In this document: positions 11,141-26,100 of the stretch, one piece after another | Position numbering within the stretch: position 1 is the first letter of the stretch | Layout: every line of letters begins with the position of its first letter | Source: Octopus vulgaris | Lineage: Eukaryota | Assembly: GCA_951406725.2 (NCBI GenBank) | Contig: OX597815.1 | Location: 36,580,001-36,644,000 of the forward strand | DNA: 64,000 nucleotides | Reading direction: 5' to 3' | Position numbers and translations under genes: made by a program | Notes under the pieces: model-generated | Told to the model about the DNA's origin: nothing | The model's database searches: none | The model's input: only the letters and a program-made list of their open reading frames with translations

Positions 11141-14100
11141 ATAGATACCCATATAATGTCTATACAAATACTTTCACCACTTGATTATCAGATTAATTGT
11201 TGGGAATACCATACCATTTTTGAGGTGGGGTGGGTGAAGTGATAGAATGTGTTGAGGTGTTAGTGTAATTTTTTAAAATTGAACTTTTTGTGTCCTAGTA
11301 ACCTGGCCAAAAAGTGTTTGTAATGATGCTCACTCAATTATTTATATATATTTTGTGCCACATTTTGTGAACAGTAGCATTGTTAGTTGCAAGTTTCTAA
11401 TGGACCAATCAGGTTCTCTGCATTAACAATGGTAATTAGCAACACTTGATTATCTACACAAGTATCACAAGTTTCTGGAACAATTTCAGGAACAATTTTG
11501 GTTTGTTTGATCGAGGCTGATCTGAAACTCAATTTTGTCCATTTACATTAAGAATACTTAAGAAAGCTGCTTTTCATAAGCGTTACTAACCATAGAATCC
11601 AACACCACTCTTTCAGCTTTCTTAGCAATGACATATTGAACTTGGTAATGTTTAATTTTCATTTCAATTTGGTACAAAAGCTTAGTTCTTTGTATCATAT
11701 TAAGGACTAGGAACTAAATTACAGCTTCAGCCTGAGTGGACAATGACCAGCTCAATAGACGCCTAGATGCGATCACATCTAGTTCAAACATGGGTTCATT
11801 GTCCTCTACAAGGTTGAATATAGCAGGTTAAAGTAATTTCGGTCCTTGCCTTTTATGTATTCATCTGCAAGTCAGCTCTGATCAAGCAGACATTTGATAC
11901 AAGCTGTTCCAGCTATGAACATTTGGTATTTTTTCAGTTACTGCTTATCTAATGTTACATTATCAAGTATAATCCCACCTTTGTAAAAATGGCAAGGTGA
12001 AATTTTTCGGCTATTTAGCTGCTATTTTAAGCAGGTTACTCAGCCACATGGAAGCCATCCTGGTTGCTAGCAGAGACAAAAGCTCCCTGAATGTCATGCA
12101 TTTATATCTTATTCTAGTTACAACACTTTCACAAGAGTCACTCTATCGGTAATTAGGCCACCTAATTAATAAAAATTGCCTAATTTTTTTTTAGTAAGTT
12201 GTCCAACCAATTTATGAACTTCCTTTCATGGGTGCTAATCACTCCTGCATAGAGTGCACCAAACAACCGAGAACAAAACAGAGTACAAGGGAAAACAATG
12301 TCACCAAAGAAGCAAAGTAACATACTTCCCAGAAAAACAGGACACATGATTAACTTAAATAAATCAAGGAAACAGGCCATTCAATTAAACAATCTGCAGC
12401 CTCGCTGATGACATCCAATGAAACCACAGAAATGATTTCATAACCAGAATCAAATGTCTCCCATCCACTCTTATGTTGCCCATTATCTATGATGGCAGTC
12501 TGTAGTAAGTTTTTGGTACTGTAGAACTGCCTGGTGGTTTCTTCAACTGATGACACCTCTCAGGAGGCCAGATGTTTACACGATTGCACTGTTTCCTCTG
12601 AGTCACAGTTTCCTCTTGCTAGACATGAACTACCCTCTTCTAATTGTGTAGAACTTGTACCTGATGTCTTTGTGCATCTGAGTCCTATAAGCCTTGTTGA
12701 AGAGATTCTATGATGACAGTTGAAGAGATTCTATGATGCATTTACTTTTATGTTTTTGTATCATATTTTGTGAACAATAGCGTTTTTAGTACAGGATTTT
12801 AACAGACCACAGCTGATAGCAGACTATGCCACCTTGAGCTGCTTAGCAATGGCATTGCCATTGATAATATCCTGCACCTACTGTATGAATTCAACTGTTC
12901 CTACACTGTCTGACAATTGAGAATATTTTTTCTCTTGACCATAGATAACACTTCTCTGCTAGCAGCCACCAGCTCTTTCCCAACCCTGAACACAAGGACC
13001 TGACCACATTAAAGAAGCTTGAGACCTTCAAGTTGCAGTGGTCAATGGCTAGAGCCATAAACAAGGTGTACTTTTGTATTTCCTTTCAGATAGACTCTGC
13101 CATAAATAAGCTAAATGAGTAAGCTAAAATTTAGCCCATAACACATAGCATTATGTTAGGTCATCTTCCAGTTAAGACCCACTGAAGTTGTGTTCACAGA
13201 TCCCCAGTGCACTCTGTATATCTAACATGTCTGAAATTTTGTTTTTTTTGCCAATCTTTAAGAGGTCCTGTGGTTTCTTTTTCACACTGGTTGCTTCTAC
13301 TGATACATTAACTGAGTCTATAAAGTTACTCAACCTACTAAAAATTAACAGCCAAATATCTCACAAATTGCATTTTGCTGTCTTAAACAAAGAAGGTTAT
13401 TTGGATAATGTATTCCTAGAATATACAAAAGGTAGTGCTAGAATATTCAAGGGGAAGGAAACAATGAAAGGAAAAGACCAAGTAAAACATGAGCAGAAGT
13501 GAAGGAAACTGATCTCAAGACAATGACTTCACAGACGAGATGGCAAGGAACACAACAAATTTGTAAGACACTGTATTGAAAAAGGACTCATCCAATCCAT
13601 GAAAGCAGGGAAAATCAGATATAAAAATAATGAAAACATTAACTGTCGAAGTATGCAACTTAATAAATCTGTTCTACTATAGGCATATAGGTACATATTT
13701 TGTAGGAGAGGGCCAGTTTATAACAATGAGCTCAGTGTGTGACTGGTACTTATTTTATTGACCCTGAAAGAATGAAAGACAAAGGAGTCCTCGGTGGAAT
13801 TTGAACTAGTAAAGATGGACAAAATGTGTAGAGGCATTTTGTCTGGCTTGCTAACTGTTCCGCTAGCTCACTGCCTTTATGTAATCTAATTAATAATGGA
13901 TAAATTAGTTCACTTTGTAACTTGGGTTGAATTCTGCTGCTAAGTATCTTGGACAAACATCTTCTACTATAGCCTCAGGTTGAACAATGCTTTGTGAGTG
14001 AGATTTGACAGATGGAAAATGAATGGCAGCCTGTCATATGTGTGTGCCTTTGCATTGGCACTGCATAGAAAGTGATGATCCTGTTTATATCTCTTATAAT

Positions 14101-16499
14101 CAAAGAGTTTGGTAGTTTGGCAGCTCACCATGCAAAGATATGGAATAAAGTATCTTACTTGAAAAAACCAAGCAAGGGTTGGCATAAAGCAGGGAATACA
14201 GTTGTAAAACACTGCCTCAAAAAGTTTCATTCAACCCATGCCTGTAGAATTTAAAATGTTGATAATGAGTATGGGTTCTAAAACTGACTACAAGCTCATT
14301 TTGGTTAAAACTAATTCATTTCATCTCTCTTGAGAAAGATATGAATGTAAAATGATCCAGTTTCCTCATTCCCGAGTTCTTTTGCCAAGTTAAAAGCAAT
14401 ATGCTTAAAAATACCCCAAAACTTACTTTCATCACAGTAAACCACATGATCAATAAATAGTTTATTCGTTGGCAATAAATTAGATTCTGATTCTAAAAAT
14501 ACTAATTTCATATGCTATAAAACAGATAATTTACACCTGGTCTTGAGGTGGAAATTTACTCATCTGTCTCAGATGGTTCTTTCTATAGATAGTAATAACT
14601 CACAGAGGTGGGTATTTTATTTTGGTCAACCCAATTATTTTATGTACAACTAATGATAATAAACAAGATTATCTAAGAAATCAGTAGGTAATTGGTAGCA
14701 AGGACACCTGAAGTCTACAGAACTAGATAAAATTTTGGCTCTGATGTACCCATCCAATTTATATGTTTAATGTAAATTTTATCTATTTTCCAATGTTGCT
14801 ATGAGCGAGATGTTCTTTTGCAAATTTAATTATTTCTATATCACATGATGAAGCAATTCTCTCTCTCCACCCAGCGCTTCTGTGGCACAATGCCCATTCT
14901 TAATACTGCTTAATTAGGAATAGGAAGAGGATCTATTTTCAGTTATACTGATAATAGACAAGTCAGAGTAATGGAATAGCATAAACAGTAGCATGCTGGA
15001 CTAAATGACCGACTGTGGTTACACACTTTTATGTTTCTGAGTTCAAATCTCACTGAGAGTAATTTTTCCTCTCCTTACTAAGCATCTATGAACAGATGGC
15101 TTCACTACACATGGTCAGGTGGTTCTGGGTTTGATTTCAAAGAACACAACTTTGGACAAATGTCTCCTGCCATAGCCTCAGATTGATCAATACTTCATGA
15201 GTGGAGTATGGCACACAAAATTTATGTAGAAGTCTGTTAAAGATGCATATCCAATATATCAGTGAAACATATAAACACCAACCAGAAAACCAAAATACTA
15301 GAGCATAAAGAACAAAGTTCCTTGAGATTCACTGAGTTATAGTCAATTCCTTATCATTCTCCACATCAGAATACCAGAGAAAAAATAATTGGTGCATTAG
15401 AAACTTGAGCCTAATGATACTTATTATTCACAAATATGTATTGGGTGTCAGGAAGGGAATCCAGCTATAAAAACCATGCCAAAACAGACAGTAGAGCTTG
15501 GTGTTGTCCTCTAGCTTGCCAGTTCCTGTCAAACCATCCGGCCTATTCCAGCATGGAAGAGGGATGTTAAATGAAGATGATGATGATGATGATATACATC
15601 ATCATCATTTAACATCCATCTTCCATGCAGTCCTCAGATTGCACTATTTTCAGATTGACATTTAAACACTCTGAAATGTTCATATTGGAGCTTCTGGCAC
15701 AAATGTCAAGCAGTACAACATGTTGTTTTCAAATTTCTGGCAGAGTGAATTGTGTCATGGTGCTGTTTTTCTCACAGATGGTGCCCAACTGACCCTACTA
15801 CACTGTGTAGTTGGCAAAATCAAAAACAAACAATGGGCAAAATTAAAAATATAAAATGGCAACAATTTACCCATTGCACCCTGTATACATACATATATAC
15901 ACACACACACATGCATGCGCATATCATGTAGATGACATTTTCATTGCAATCGTATCTGATTTTTCAAGTACTTCAATTCTGTGCATGTACATATATTTAC
16001 TAGATTGCTGACATTTATCAATGGTTTCTCCCACTGTATTGATGCACCATTTTGTATTATTAATAAAACTGTCACCATTTTTGTTGACACAAGTATGCTA
16101 GTATACATGTATTATGTGCTGTTCACTTGTTTGTAGGATCAGTAAAAATGTATTCAATCCAACAAAAGTATCATTTAATGAATAATGCATACAAGAGTTA
16201 CATGTGAACTATGTCAAGTTTCATGCTTGAGTTATGCAGTAATTGGACAGGCTTGTATAGTGTACTGTGCATAATCCAGCAATCTTTCAGGCTCAAATAT
16301 GGTTACTCCATGAGAAATTGCAAGGAAAAACAAGAAAATAACATTAAGGGAAAAGGAAAACAAAGATTGTATACCTTTAACCTGATAGATGGAAAATATT
16401 GTTAATGCTGAGTGTTTAGATCTAAAATAACTATGTCTAGTAAGTGTAAGGAAATGGGAGAAATGCTAAAGTGTGTTAAACTGTCTAATCTAGTAAGCT

Positions 16500-17830
16500 G
16501 GTGTCTTCCTGCTTGATAACAAACTTATCAAGATGCTTACATCCTGCAAACATTTCTGATTTCAGGCTTAGAAGGTCAGTGCAGTTCTTTGATTTAATAA
16601 TGTATGTTCTTCATCTTTACAGAACCTGCACTTTTTTTTTACCAATTAATGTATGGTCTAGATCTCTCTATGATGCTTCACTTGATGGTGTGTGGTATAC
16701 AGTTGTTCTTGATATTGCCTGCTAGCTTTGTGTTTTTCTTTTTGTCTATGTACTTTAAAGAACATTGATTCATGTATCTCTTTTTGAAGTGACTTTTGCA
16801 AGTCTAATATATTTTTTCCCTTTGTTTCCTTTAGTTGGCAGAACAGAGATGACTGAGTTAACCATGTATGCCTGGTCTAGTGGGCAAGTATCTGAATTCC
16901 TGAAGATGCTGTTTGAATGGACATCTTGTGTGGCTGAAGGAAATACTTTTCATATTAGGGCTGCAACTGTAGGAAACTTTCATTGAATGTCTTCTGAAAA
17001 TTTTCTTATATCTATGGCTTATGGGGAAATGTTTATCTACCCAGGCTAAGAATTTTTTAAAACATTCTAGAAGAATGGGGAAATGAACAATATAAATTTC
17101 AATGGTCTATTTTTAAGCTTGGCTCTTGTTTGGGTCAGAGTGTATATCTTTTCTTTAAAACAACAGTTGGCTAAGGTGCTATTATATAGTAGGAAGTTGC
17201 CTAATTGAAATTTTCTTTAGAGGAAGAAAGGTGAGAGATCCTATTACTAATGTTAAGTATTATAGTTAGTTTATGGTGGGTCAAGTAAGTGTTTAACGTT
17301 TTAGCATTCAGATCTCTCAGAATGCAATAGTTATTTATTCATATTGTTTTAAATTAATTATGCATTATCTCATTTTTTCAAAATTTTGATAGCATGATTG
17401 TTTATTTTTAGAATGACATTGTAGGGTAGGTAAGAGGAGCTAGATCTGGTTAGTTTGAACATAAAACAGGTTGAATATTTGGGCTGGATATGGTCACTTT
17501 AAATGCTAAAAGTTAGATCTAGGTCCAAGGAAGCCTCTAAGAAGTAAACTTTTGTGAGATTTGTAGTTACTGCGATTTTGAGAACTATACTGCTGAAGGA
17601 AGACATGAGGTTTTTAACTAAATGTATCTAGTGTATGATCATCACAGCCTTAGGACATGCCTTAATCCATTATCTTGGTGTAAACCAATATCGTAGGAGG
17701 GGAACATAATCTGTTTTTGGATATCTAGTATAAAAAGCCCTACTAAATCACGTATTCCAGCAGTCATATGAACCCATCAGTGCACCAAACAGTTTGTCCA
17801 GTTTGGATTTCTTCAACAAAAGTGACTTTG
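16500..17830 (-). mobile_element. Decayed Penelope-like element ORF (RT plus GIY-YIG endonuclease)
   Basis: Minus-strand peptides with frameshifts/stops: LFGALMGSYD..DLVGLFIL..IGLHQDNGL (cf. YRDDGL); KKFLAWVDKHFPISHRYKKIF...KVSYSCSPNMKSI; KKYIRLAKVT..KKRY; IK*SIIERSRPY. Confidence 0.75.
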
Positions 17831-18214
17831 AAAAAAGATCATCATCATCATCACCATCATCATCGTTGTTTAACATCCGTTTTCCGTGCTAGCACGGGTT
17901 GGACGGTTCAACCAGGGTCTGGAAAGCCAGGAGGCTGCACCAGGCTCCAGTGTGATTTGGCAGTGTTTCTACAGCTGGATGCCCTTCCTAACGCCAACCA
18001 CTCCATGAGTGTAGTGGGTGCTTTTTGCACGCCACCAGCACAGGTGCCAGAGGAGGCTGGCAGCGACCACAATTGGTTGGTGCTTTTTATGTGCCACCAT
18101 CACAGAAGCCAGTCAAGGTGGCGCTGGCATCAGCCACGTTCAGACGGTGCTTTTTACGTGCCATTGGCACAGGTAACTCAGCTACAATTTCCATTTGATA
18201 TTTATTTTCATGTT

Positions 18215-20200
18215 AATCATTATTTCTACATCTCCTTCTGCAAGTTCCATTCATTTTGAGTGCTCAGCACTTCCCTATACAGCTTTTATCCTCCATACTT
18301 GTCACATGTGGGCATGTGATGTGTATGGAAGATGACATCTGCACCAGTGTAGTCTTTTTCTTGCACACATCTGATTCCTCTGATATCCAGTTTTTCTCTC
18401 AGTTCATTTAACTCAGACATTCATTCACATTACACATTCAGTGAAGCTGGAAACACTAGATGAAATTTTTATTTACTTCTTTTCTATATACCTAGTATGG
18501 ATATGTCTCTGATGGTAGCAAAATCCTGTGTTATTTCCTACATACTAAAACTTTAGCTTGTGATAAGTTTATTTAAGGTCCTTCAATTGCAGGTTTTGCT
18601 TCCATGTCTAGAATTTCACCTCATCAGTAGATTAGCTATAAAAGATAAGTAATAAGCAGAGTTCCTGCAGTTGGTTTTAGAGTAGTGTTATGGCTTAGAG
18701 AACTATAATAGACATGAGGGACTCCTACCTTTTTACATGCTAAATTTGTTGTTGAACTCATTGACTAACAATTTTCTGACTGCATGTTTGATCATAGCTT
18801 GTACAGCCCTTACAAGCCATTTACCTATCCCTAGTGATTACCAAATCAGATTAAGAGATTCTGTCAATGACCTTCTTCAAATTGAAGTATGCTAGGTTTA
18901 GGGGCTTACTTCTGTAACTTTCATAACTTGATGCCTCTGTAGTTTCCTCTCTCCAATGGATCACCTTAATCCACATAGTAGTTTATGATAATTCTGCAAC
19001 AAAAGTCATTAGGTATGACACTACCTTGTATTACCTGATTGACTAACTTGTACCCTACTTTGTCAAATATTTCAAACATAAAGGCACAGACATGGCTGTG
19101 TGGTAAGAAGCTTGCTTCCCAACCACATGGTTCCAGATTAAGTTCCACTGTGTGGTACCTTGGACAAATGTCTTCTACTATAGCCCTGGGCTGACCAAAG
19201 CTTTGTGAATGGATTTGGTAGATGGAAACTGAAAGAAGCCCATTGTGTATATATATGTATATATTTGCGTGTATCTGTTTGTCACCACACCATCGCTTGA
19301 CAACTGATGTTGGTGTGTTTACATCCCCGTAACTTAGCAGTTCGGCAAGAGACCAATGGAATAAGTAATAGGCTTACAAAGAATATATCCTAGGGTTGAT
19401 TTGTTTGACTAAAGGTGGTGTTCCAGCATGGCCACAGTCAAAATGACTGAAACAAGTAAAAGAATATCAGTGACAATCCTTAATAATTGTTGCTTCACAT
19501 ATCTTCCATATTCTTGTGGCTCGTCCTCTAATTGGATTTCTTTGGAGTAGATTCTCTCATTCTTCAATGATTATCTTCATTCAAGAAATAATGTTTTGTT
19601 TTTCTTTTCAGCATCAGTAATTATGATTACGTTGTTATTCTGCACACACTTATCTCTAGCAATATCTTAATTCTTTCTAGTATACTGTCTAGCAATCCAG
19701 AAGACCTCATGCCTCAGATACTAACTTCACAGACTGTGCAAACCTTCCTTCTTTGGCCACACACACACTTGATGTCTATCTTCTCTTTGAGCTATTCCAG
19801 ACCTGTCTCTTGTTATGAATTTGTCTACAGTGTTATTCCAGCACATGTCCCTTTGACTGGATGGAACCTAGCAGTAGCCATAGATTTAATTTGTTGGCCT
19901 CAGCAGGTTGTCTCACAGAAATCTCATTTTCTCCTATGCTAGAAGTTTCCATCTCTTTTCTGTAACAAGCATCACTCAAAACTTTCCTGAATCTATGGTC
20001 AGTTGAAAGCTCCATATTTTCTTTCTCCTAATTGGCTTTAGTCTCCGAGGCTATCAGTTCTCACACTGAAGTCACTAATCAATGTTGAGCAGTATATTCT
20101 TCAATGGGGAAAGGCTTAGAGTTACAACTATTCACCTATCCCTTCCTAGTGAGAATATAATCTATTTGGTATGTGTATTCATCTAATATTAGGTGATCAG
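18215..20200 (-). mobile_element. Decayed RTE-clade LINE, interrupted by a SINE
   Basis: GDPLERGNYRGIKLMKV; LAYFNLKKVIDRI (cf. DLEKAFDRV); VNQVIQGSVIPNDFC; GIGKWLVGAVQAM. Confidence 0.75.
19082..19465 (+). mobile_element. Full-length SINE family A inserted in the RTE LINE
   Basis: Same head, body and tail as 10735-11140. Confidence 0.85.
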
Positions 20201-21470
20201 TTGACTGACCAGCTTCCTGAAGTTTGGACTGCAAAACTTCAGGAGCCTTAATTTTTCATGTTTGTATTACAACCATAACCTCCGTGTAAGGGAAACACTC
20301 CTGGTGTTCTTCAAAAAGTGCATTAAAATGGCTAGCCGTAGTAAAGTCACTACCTTTCATTCTGAAGGCAGCTTGCAGAGGGCTTCACTATTCATCTATC
20401 AGCCCTGACAAGTGTGTATGCAAAAATATTCAGATACTACAGTGATGTTGTCTATAACTAGCCTAGGCTAGTTACAAAACAACACAAACCCCACTATTAC
20501 CTTACCTATTTCTCTGCCAACCCCATTATCCTTTCCATCTTGTACACATCTATTCATCACTATTCCAGCATCTCCAGTCTCTTTTTACCAACGACTCATC
20601 TTGCTGACATTGACGGTAGCAGCTCAAAAGCTTGACCTGACAGGAAGAGGTGACATGTCCACTGGTGGGTCACTTTGCTGGTATTCTTCTTTCTGTACCT
20701 GAAACTTAAGAGTAAAATTTTTGCAATGGAGCGAGGTCGTTGCCAGTACCGCCTGACTGGCCCCCGTGCCAGTGGCACATAAAAGCAGTGGTTGGCGTTA
20801 GGAAGGGCATCCAGCTGTAGAAACTCTGCCAGATCAAGATTGAAGCCTGGTGCAACCATCTGGTTCGCCAGCCCTCAGTCATTCGTCCAACCCATGCTAG
20901 CATGGAAAGCGGATGTTAAACGATGATGATGATGGGTAGATGTTTCTACCTTTAACTGATTTGCCATTAGTTTACTCTTCAACAAATTACTATAACTAAT
21001 GTGGTGTGTCAGGTGTTAGTCTGAGCTGATATATGTATAGTGATAAAGTCTTGTAGTTCCATAAAGATGTATTTAAAGATATTAATGCTGTATTGCAGAA
21101 ATGCAGCAATTTTTCAATGAGGGTAACAAAATGCATTTTTGCTTATGGAAAATTTTCAATGTATTACGTGCAGACTCCTACAATATTGGGAAGGGAGGTA
21201 ATAGCAGTATTTTTGTTATTGTTTCTATAATGCCAATTTTCTTTTTATAGAGATTTGGAAATAACATTGTTTAATTGTATTTCTGTGAGTAATTTTGAGA
21301 AGAAAACTTACCTTTACATCACTTTTAGAGCCAGTTTTGTGCAGTGTCATGGCTTCCATCATTCTCCGATGACATTTACAAATGGAAGAAACAACTCCCA
21401 TGTTTACTTTTTTGATATATTCAGGATTACTTTATTCTGTATTTTTATCCATTTTGAAGACAAATGGAGC

Positions 21471-21869
21471 CAGTGCTGTCTTGAGGCATGGGAACACTGG
21501 AGAGTTGCCCAGAGGCCTCACAGATCTAGGGGCCCCAGAAACGTTAGCATGCCGGGCGAAATGCGTAGCCGTATTTCGTCTGCCGTTACGTTCTGAGTTC
21601 AAATTTCGCCAAGGTCGACTTTGCTTTTCAGCCTTTCAGGTCAATAAATTAAGTACCAGTTACACACTTGGGTCGATATAATTGACTTAATCCGTTTGTC
21701 TGCCCTTGTTTGTCCTCTCTGTGTTTAGCCCATTGTGGGTAGTAAAGAAATAGATCTAGGGGCCCGATTGTAATCTATGTATGTTGTGGCCTGCTGTCAA
21801 TAAATAAATACTATAGAGCCCTAGGCACTCATTTGCCTGGGGGCCTATAATGCTGATAAGATGGTCCTG
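21471..21869. mobile_element. hAT-like MITE with a SINE inserted
   Basis: CAGTGCTGTCTT...AAGATGGTCCTG imperfect TIRs. Confidence 0.5.
21536..21751 (+). mobile_element. SINE family B with 14-bp TSD
   Basis: TSD AGATCTAGGGGCCC at 21522-21535 and 21752-21765. Confidence 0.85.
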
Positions 21870-22339
21870 AATGAAATATCATGTGAAAAAGATTTAGCTG
21901 CAATTTATGCAGGCAAAGAAACAGCATAAAAGTTTATTGGCTCATATGTAGGTGTGATGCAGAGAGGTGAATAAATGGGTGAGTGTTGCACTAAGAACAT
22001 TTCTTAGAATTGCACTCAAGATATGAAAAGCAAGAGACAGATGTAGCAGAGATGGGTACACAATAACTATTGGAATTATTTGCAGCAAGAAATAAGAAAA
22101 AGTTACTGCTAAACTGGATAACGTTTAAATAAAGACTGAAACGCAATTTTTTTTTGAAAAAAAGAATCATTAATTTATATATTTTATTTTATTTTATTTC
22201 TGGAAGGGGACGGGGTTGAGTAAGCCTTACATGTGATGTAAAGATTCCACACAGGACCCTAAAGAATTCATGTGTGGGTCCACTCAAGACAAATGAGTTT
22301 TCTCATATGTGTGAGGGCCATGCAAGATGAATGGGTATC

Positions 22340-22387
<48 letters not shown>

Positions 22388-22938
22388 AGTGCCCCATACA
22401 ACAGTGGTCCACATACATAACAAAGTCAGTATAAAAATTAAAGTGATCACAGATTTAGATTTATAAAGCAGCAAACATGTCGGAGTTCTGCAGAGTTCTG
22501 AATTTAAGAAGTTACAATAACTTTTATATACTTGAAGAATTGATAAATTATGTGGAACACAGCCTCAAGAAAATTTCTTCCGTTTTCTCTTACTTTCACT
22601 TTCTCTGTTTCTCTAAATTCCTTGATTTTATATAAAATATAACAGAAGTCATCACAACTGATTTCTGTGAAATGAATTTGATGTGAAACTATTGATCTCT
22701 TGCATTCACTTGCATTCTCCACTGCCACCAAAATCACTTCAGCTCAGACATACATATTTACACAAATACACAAAATTTCACTCACTCACTCTGATACACA
22801 TGCACACACACATTCCTGACATATCCCACTTACTTTCAGAGGGAGAGAGAAAGAGAAAGTTATCATTTAATATTATGCTTAAACCACTTAAGACACAAAT
22901 AAACATATTTACACAAATATTCCCACAAGTATATTTAG

Positions 22939-23145
22939 TTATAAAATACTCTTAATTCCATTTTGTTCCTCAGAACCGGGCTTGCGGCTAAGCTTGGTCA
23001 TAAGATGATAAATGATACCAGCTTGCTTTGTTTGTAGATGTAACACACTTCCTGTGGAACTTTTTACTCGTATCTCAAGCAAGTTGATATTGAACTCTTG
23101 GTAGTGCCAGCTAATGTCCTTATACATGTAACTTTTGGGAAAACT
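22939..23145 (-). CDS. KRIT1: KRIT1 last coding exon (SFPKSYMYKDISWHY...LQTKQAGIIYHLMTKLSRK...IKSIL*)
   Basis: tttctttaatttcag| acceptor; TKQAG C-terminal helix; TAA stop. Confidence 0.93.
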   Translation of the reverse strand, partial: SFPKSYMYKDISWHYQEFNINLLEIRVKSSTGSVLHLQTKQAGIIYHLMTKLSRKPGSEEQNGIKSIL

Positions 23146-26100
23146 CTGAAATTAAAGAAAAAGATACTTATATATAAATATTATTATTCTTATACTACTA
23201 CTACTACTACTACTACATTTTACTTCTCAGAGGTTTTGGTCTTACTTGCTCTGGTTGATTCTGTGAGAGGTTTCCCAGGGTCTTATTATTATTATTATTA
23301 TTATTTAAAAACAGTTTCTGATTTGGCTCCAGGTTCCTGTGATGTGGCTATGAAACGAAGTTGCATGGGCCCAAATCAAACTGTTTTTAAATAAATAACC
23401 AAATGTATTGAGTGCCTCTTTCTTTCATTTGTCCATGCATTCATATATGAGTTTTTTGTACATATAATATGAAGGATGACAGTAAGGGTAAGAAAGGTCA
23501 TGTGACTAAAGTGGAAGGAGCCAGTGAAAGAAGAAAACCAAGATGAAGAAAGCTGACCTCAGAATGCTCATCATCATCATCATCATCGTTTAACATCTGC
23601 TTTCTATGCTAGCATGGGTTGGACGAATTGACTGAGGTCTGGCTAACCAGATGGCTGCACCAGGCTCCAATCTAATCTGACAGAGTTTCTACAGCTGGAT
23701 GCCCTTCCTAACGCCAACTACTCCGACAGTGTAGTGGGTGCTTTTATGTGTCACCGACACGAGGGCCAGTCAGGCGGTACTGGCAACGGCCATGCTCAAA
23801 TGGTGCTTTTTATGTGCCACCTACACAGGAGCCAGTCCAGCGGCACTGGCAGCGACCTCGCTCGAATGTTTTTTCCCGTGTTTTTAACAAGCCATCAGCA
23901 TGGAGGCCAGCTTGTTGCTCTGGCAACGATCTCACCAGCAAATGGCAGGAAGCTGTTTAGGAGCAAACCTGTCAAGCTGACACAACATAGACAAATGTAT
24001 GTACAAGAAAATGATAATATATAATGCTTCAATAAAAGATAACATATAACCAATTTCATTTCAATGTTTAACTCATTCTCACTTCTCTTTCTCTTCTGGT
24101 ATCACTGTCTTTCCTTCACTTTCTTTATTAGCATGTGAGTAAATGTTCTTTGAGTATAAATATTCATGAATGAACTGCTGTACAACTGGGACAAGATATT
24201 TTCTCCAGTGTTGTTGCCATGATAAAATCCATCGAGTGCATTTAGTAAATTAGCTGATAGTAGGAAGGATATCCAACCAATGAAACTATGCTATAAAAAT
24301 GGCATGTGTTAGCAATACATAGTACTAAACTCATTTCAGAGGACAATAACTCCAAATAACAAATGAATTGAGTTGTGACCAGCAGCCTAACCCATGCTAG
24401 CGTGAAAGGGCAAATGCAAAAATGATGATATATACATAAGTTCATTTTTCTTTCTTTGAAGGTAGAAATAAAATTATACTTGAAATTAAAGTCAAATATA
24501 GAAATCCTCACATTGTTCCAGCCTTACACAACAAGTCTCTAAAAAAACCTCAAATGATTCTCAATTTTATTTGAAGATGTTCTATCATTTACATACATAT
24601 TTCTGAATTTATTCCTCATTAGGGCAGTTTTTATTAGTATGTTTCTTAATTTTTCTAAATGTTAATTTATATTTTTTAAGTTTTTTTTTGCATTGCTTTT
24701 TTCCTCTTTTTTTTCTTTTCATGTGAAAGATTACAATAAAATTCTTGTCATAAGACGTCTTCCACTTTCAAAAATATTTACAGCTGATTGATCAAAGAAT
24801 TTGTAAGGTGTCCACAAGGAACATCAGGGATATTCAGTAATATGGTTGTATAATCTAGAGACACCTTAAGAGGAAGACTAACTTCAAGATTAGCAGTGAT
24901 TCAAAAAGTTTGGGTGGGGTGGTGGCTTTTTCAAATATGATGTAAAAATTGTTATGGCAACTGTTTTCATAACTTGACACTTTCATGCAGCTAAACACTT
25001 GACCGTAAAGCAAGGGCTCAAACTTTTCAGCCAGGCAGATTGAGGACAACAAAGTTATGTACCCTGCTTCATATTTTCTTTATTTGCTTAAGTGGAGTAA
25101 CTCTATCAGTATTTATGGAGTAAATATATTCTTTTCTTATAATCTTTTGTTTGTTATGCAGGGGATAATTTCTGAATCGGCCTGCTGTGCTTGAGGAGAC
25201 CTACTGTGTCAAGTAGATCAACATCAATATAAAAATCGAATGGATATTGTAGTTGTGATACCCATGCCAGTGGGGCCTCACAGAGGAAATGACAAAGACC
25301 GAACCCCTGAGATATGCTGTGACTGTGAAGACCTGACAAATGAAGTGTGTTTGCAGGACGGCCTGCTGTGCTAACCTTGGATCGTAGAGTGACCCGCTGT
25401 TCTTGAGGAGACCTATTGAGTCAAGTACGTAAACACCAACATCAAAATAAAAATCAAATGGAAATTGTAGTTAAGATACATGTGCCGGTGACACGTAAAA
25501 AGCACCGTCCGAATGTGACAGATGCCAGCGCCGCCTGACTGGCGTCCGTGTCAGTGACATGTAAAAGCACCAACTAATCATGGCCGTTTGTCAGCCTCCC
25601 CTGACCCCTGTGCCGGTGGCACGTAAAAAGCACCCACTACATTCACGGAGTGGTAGGCGTTAGGAAGGGCATCCAGCTGTAGAAACACTGTCAGATCAAA
25701 CTGGAGCCTGGTGCAGCCTCCTGGCTTCCCAGACCCTGGTTGAACCGTCCAACCCATGCTAGCATGAAAAACGGACGTTAAACGATGATATATATATATA
25801 TATATTTCCGAAATAGTCTTACATATTATCTCACTAAATTCTAAGATTAGCAAATGAATAAGAAATAATTAAATTTTTTTTACAAGAGGGATGCCATTCC
25901 AAATGCTAATAGTTTAACAGGGAAATACCCTCGATGTGACACCATATTGTAAAGAGTTCAAATGTTAAAGGAATTTCTATTTAGTATTTTTCTTATGTTT
26001 GCAGCATAAAAAAAAGCACCCAGTACACACTATAAGGTGGGTGGCATTTGAAAAGACATCCAGCTAGAGAAATGTGTCAAAGCTGACACTGGAGCTTGAT

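Noticed and set aside
12180-12700. Short minus-strand ORFs (66-68 aa) as exons of a second gene
   Set aside because: No recognisable domain or consistent splice chain; probably decayed repeat, though not excluded.
23740-23935. Regularly spaced GTGCTTTT..GTGCCAC modules resembling a CRISPR array
   Set aside because: Eukaryotic context, related spacers, part of the RTE 3'UTR, and no cas genes.
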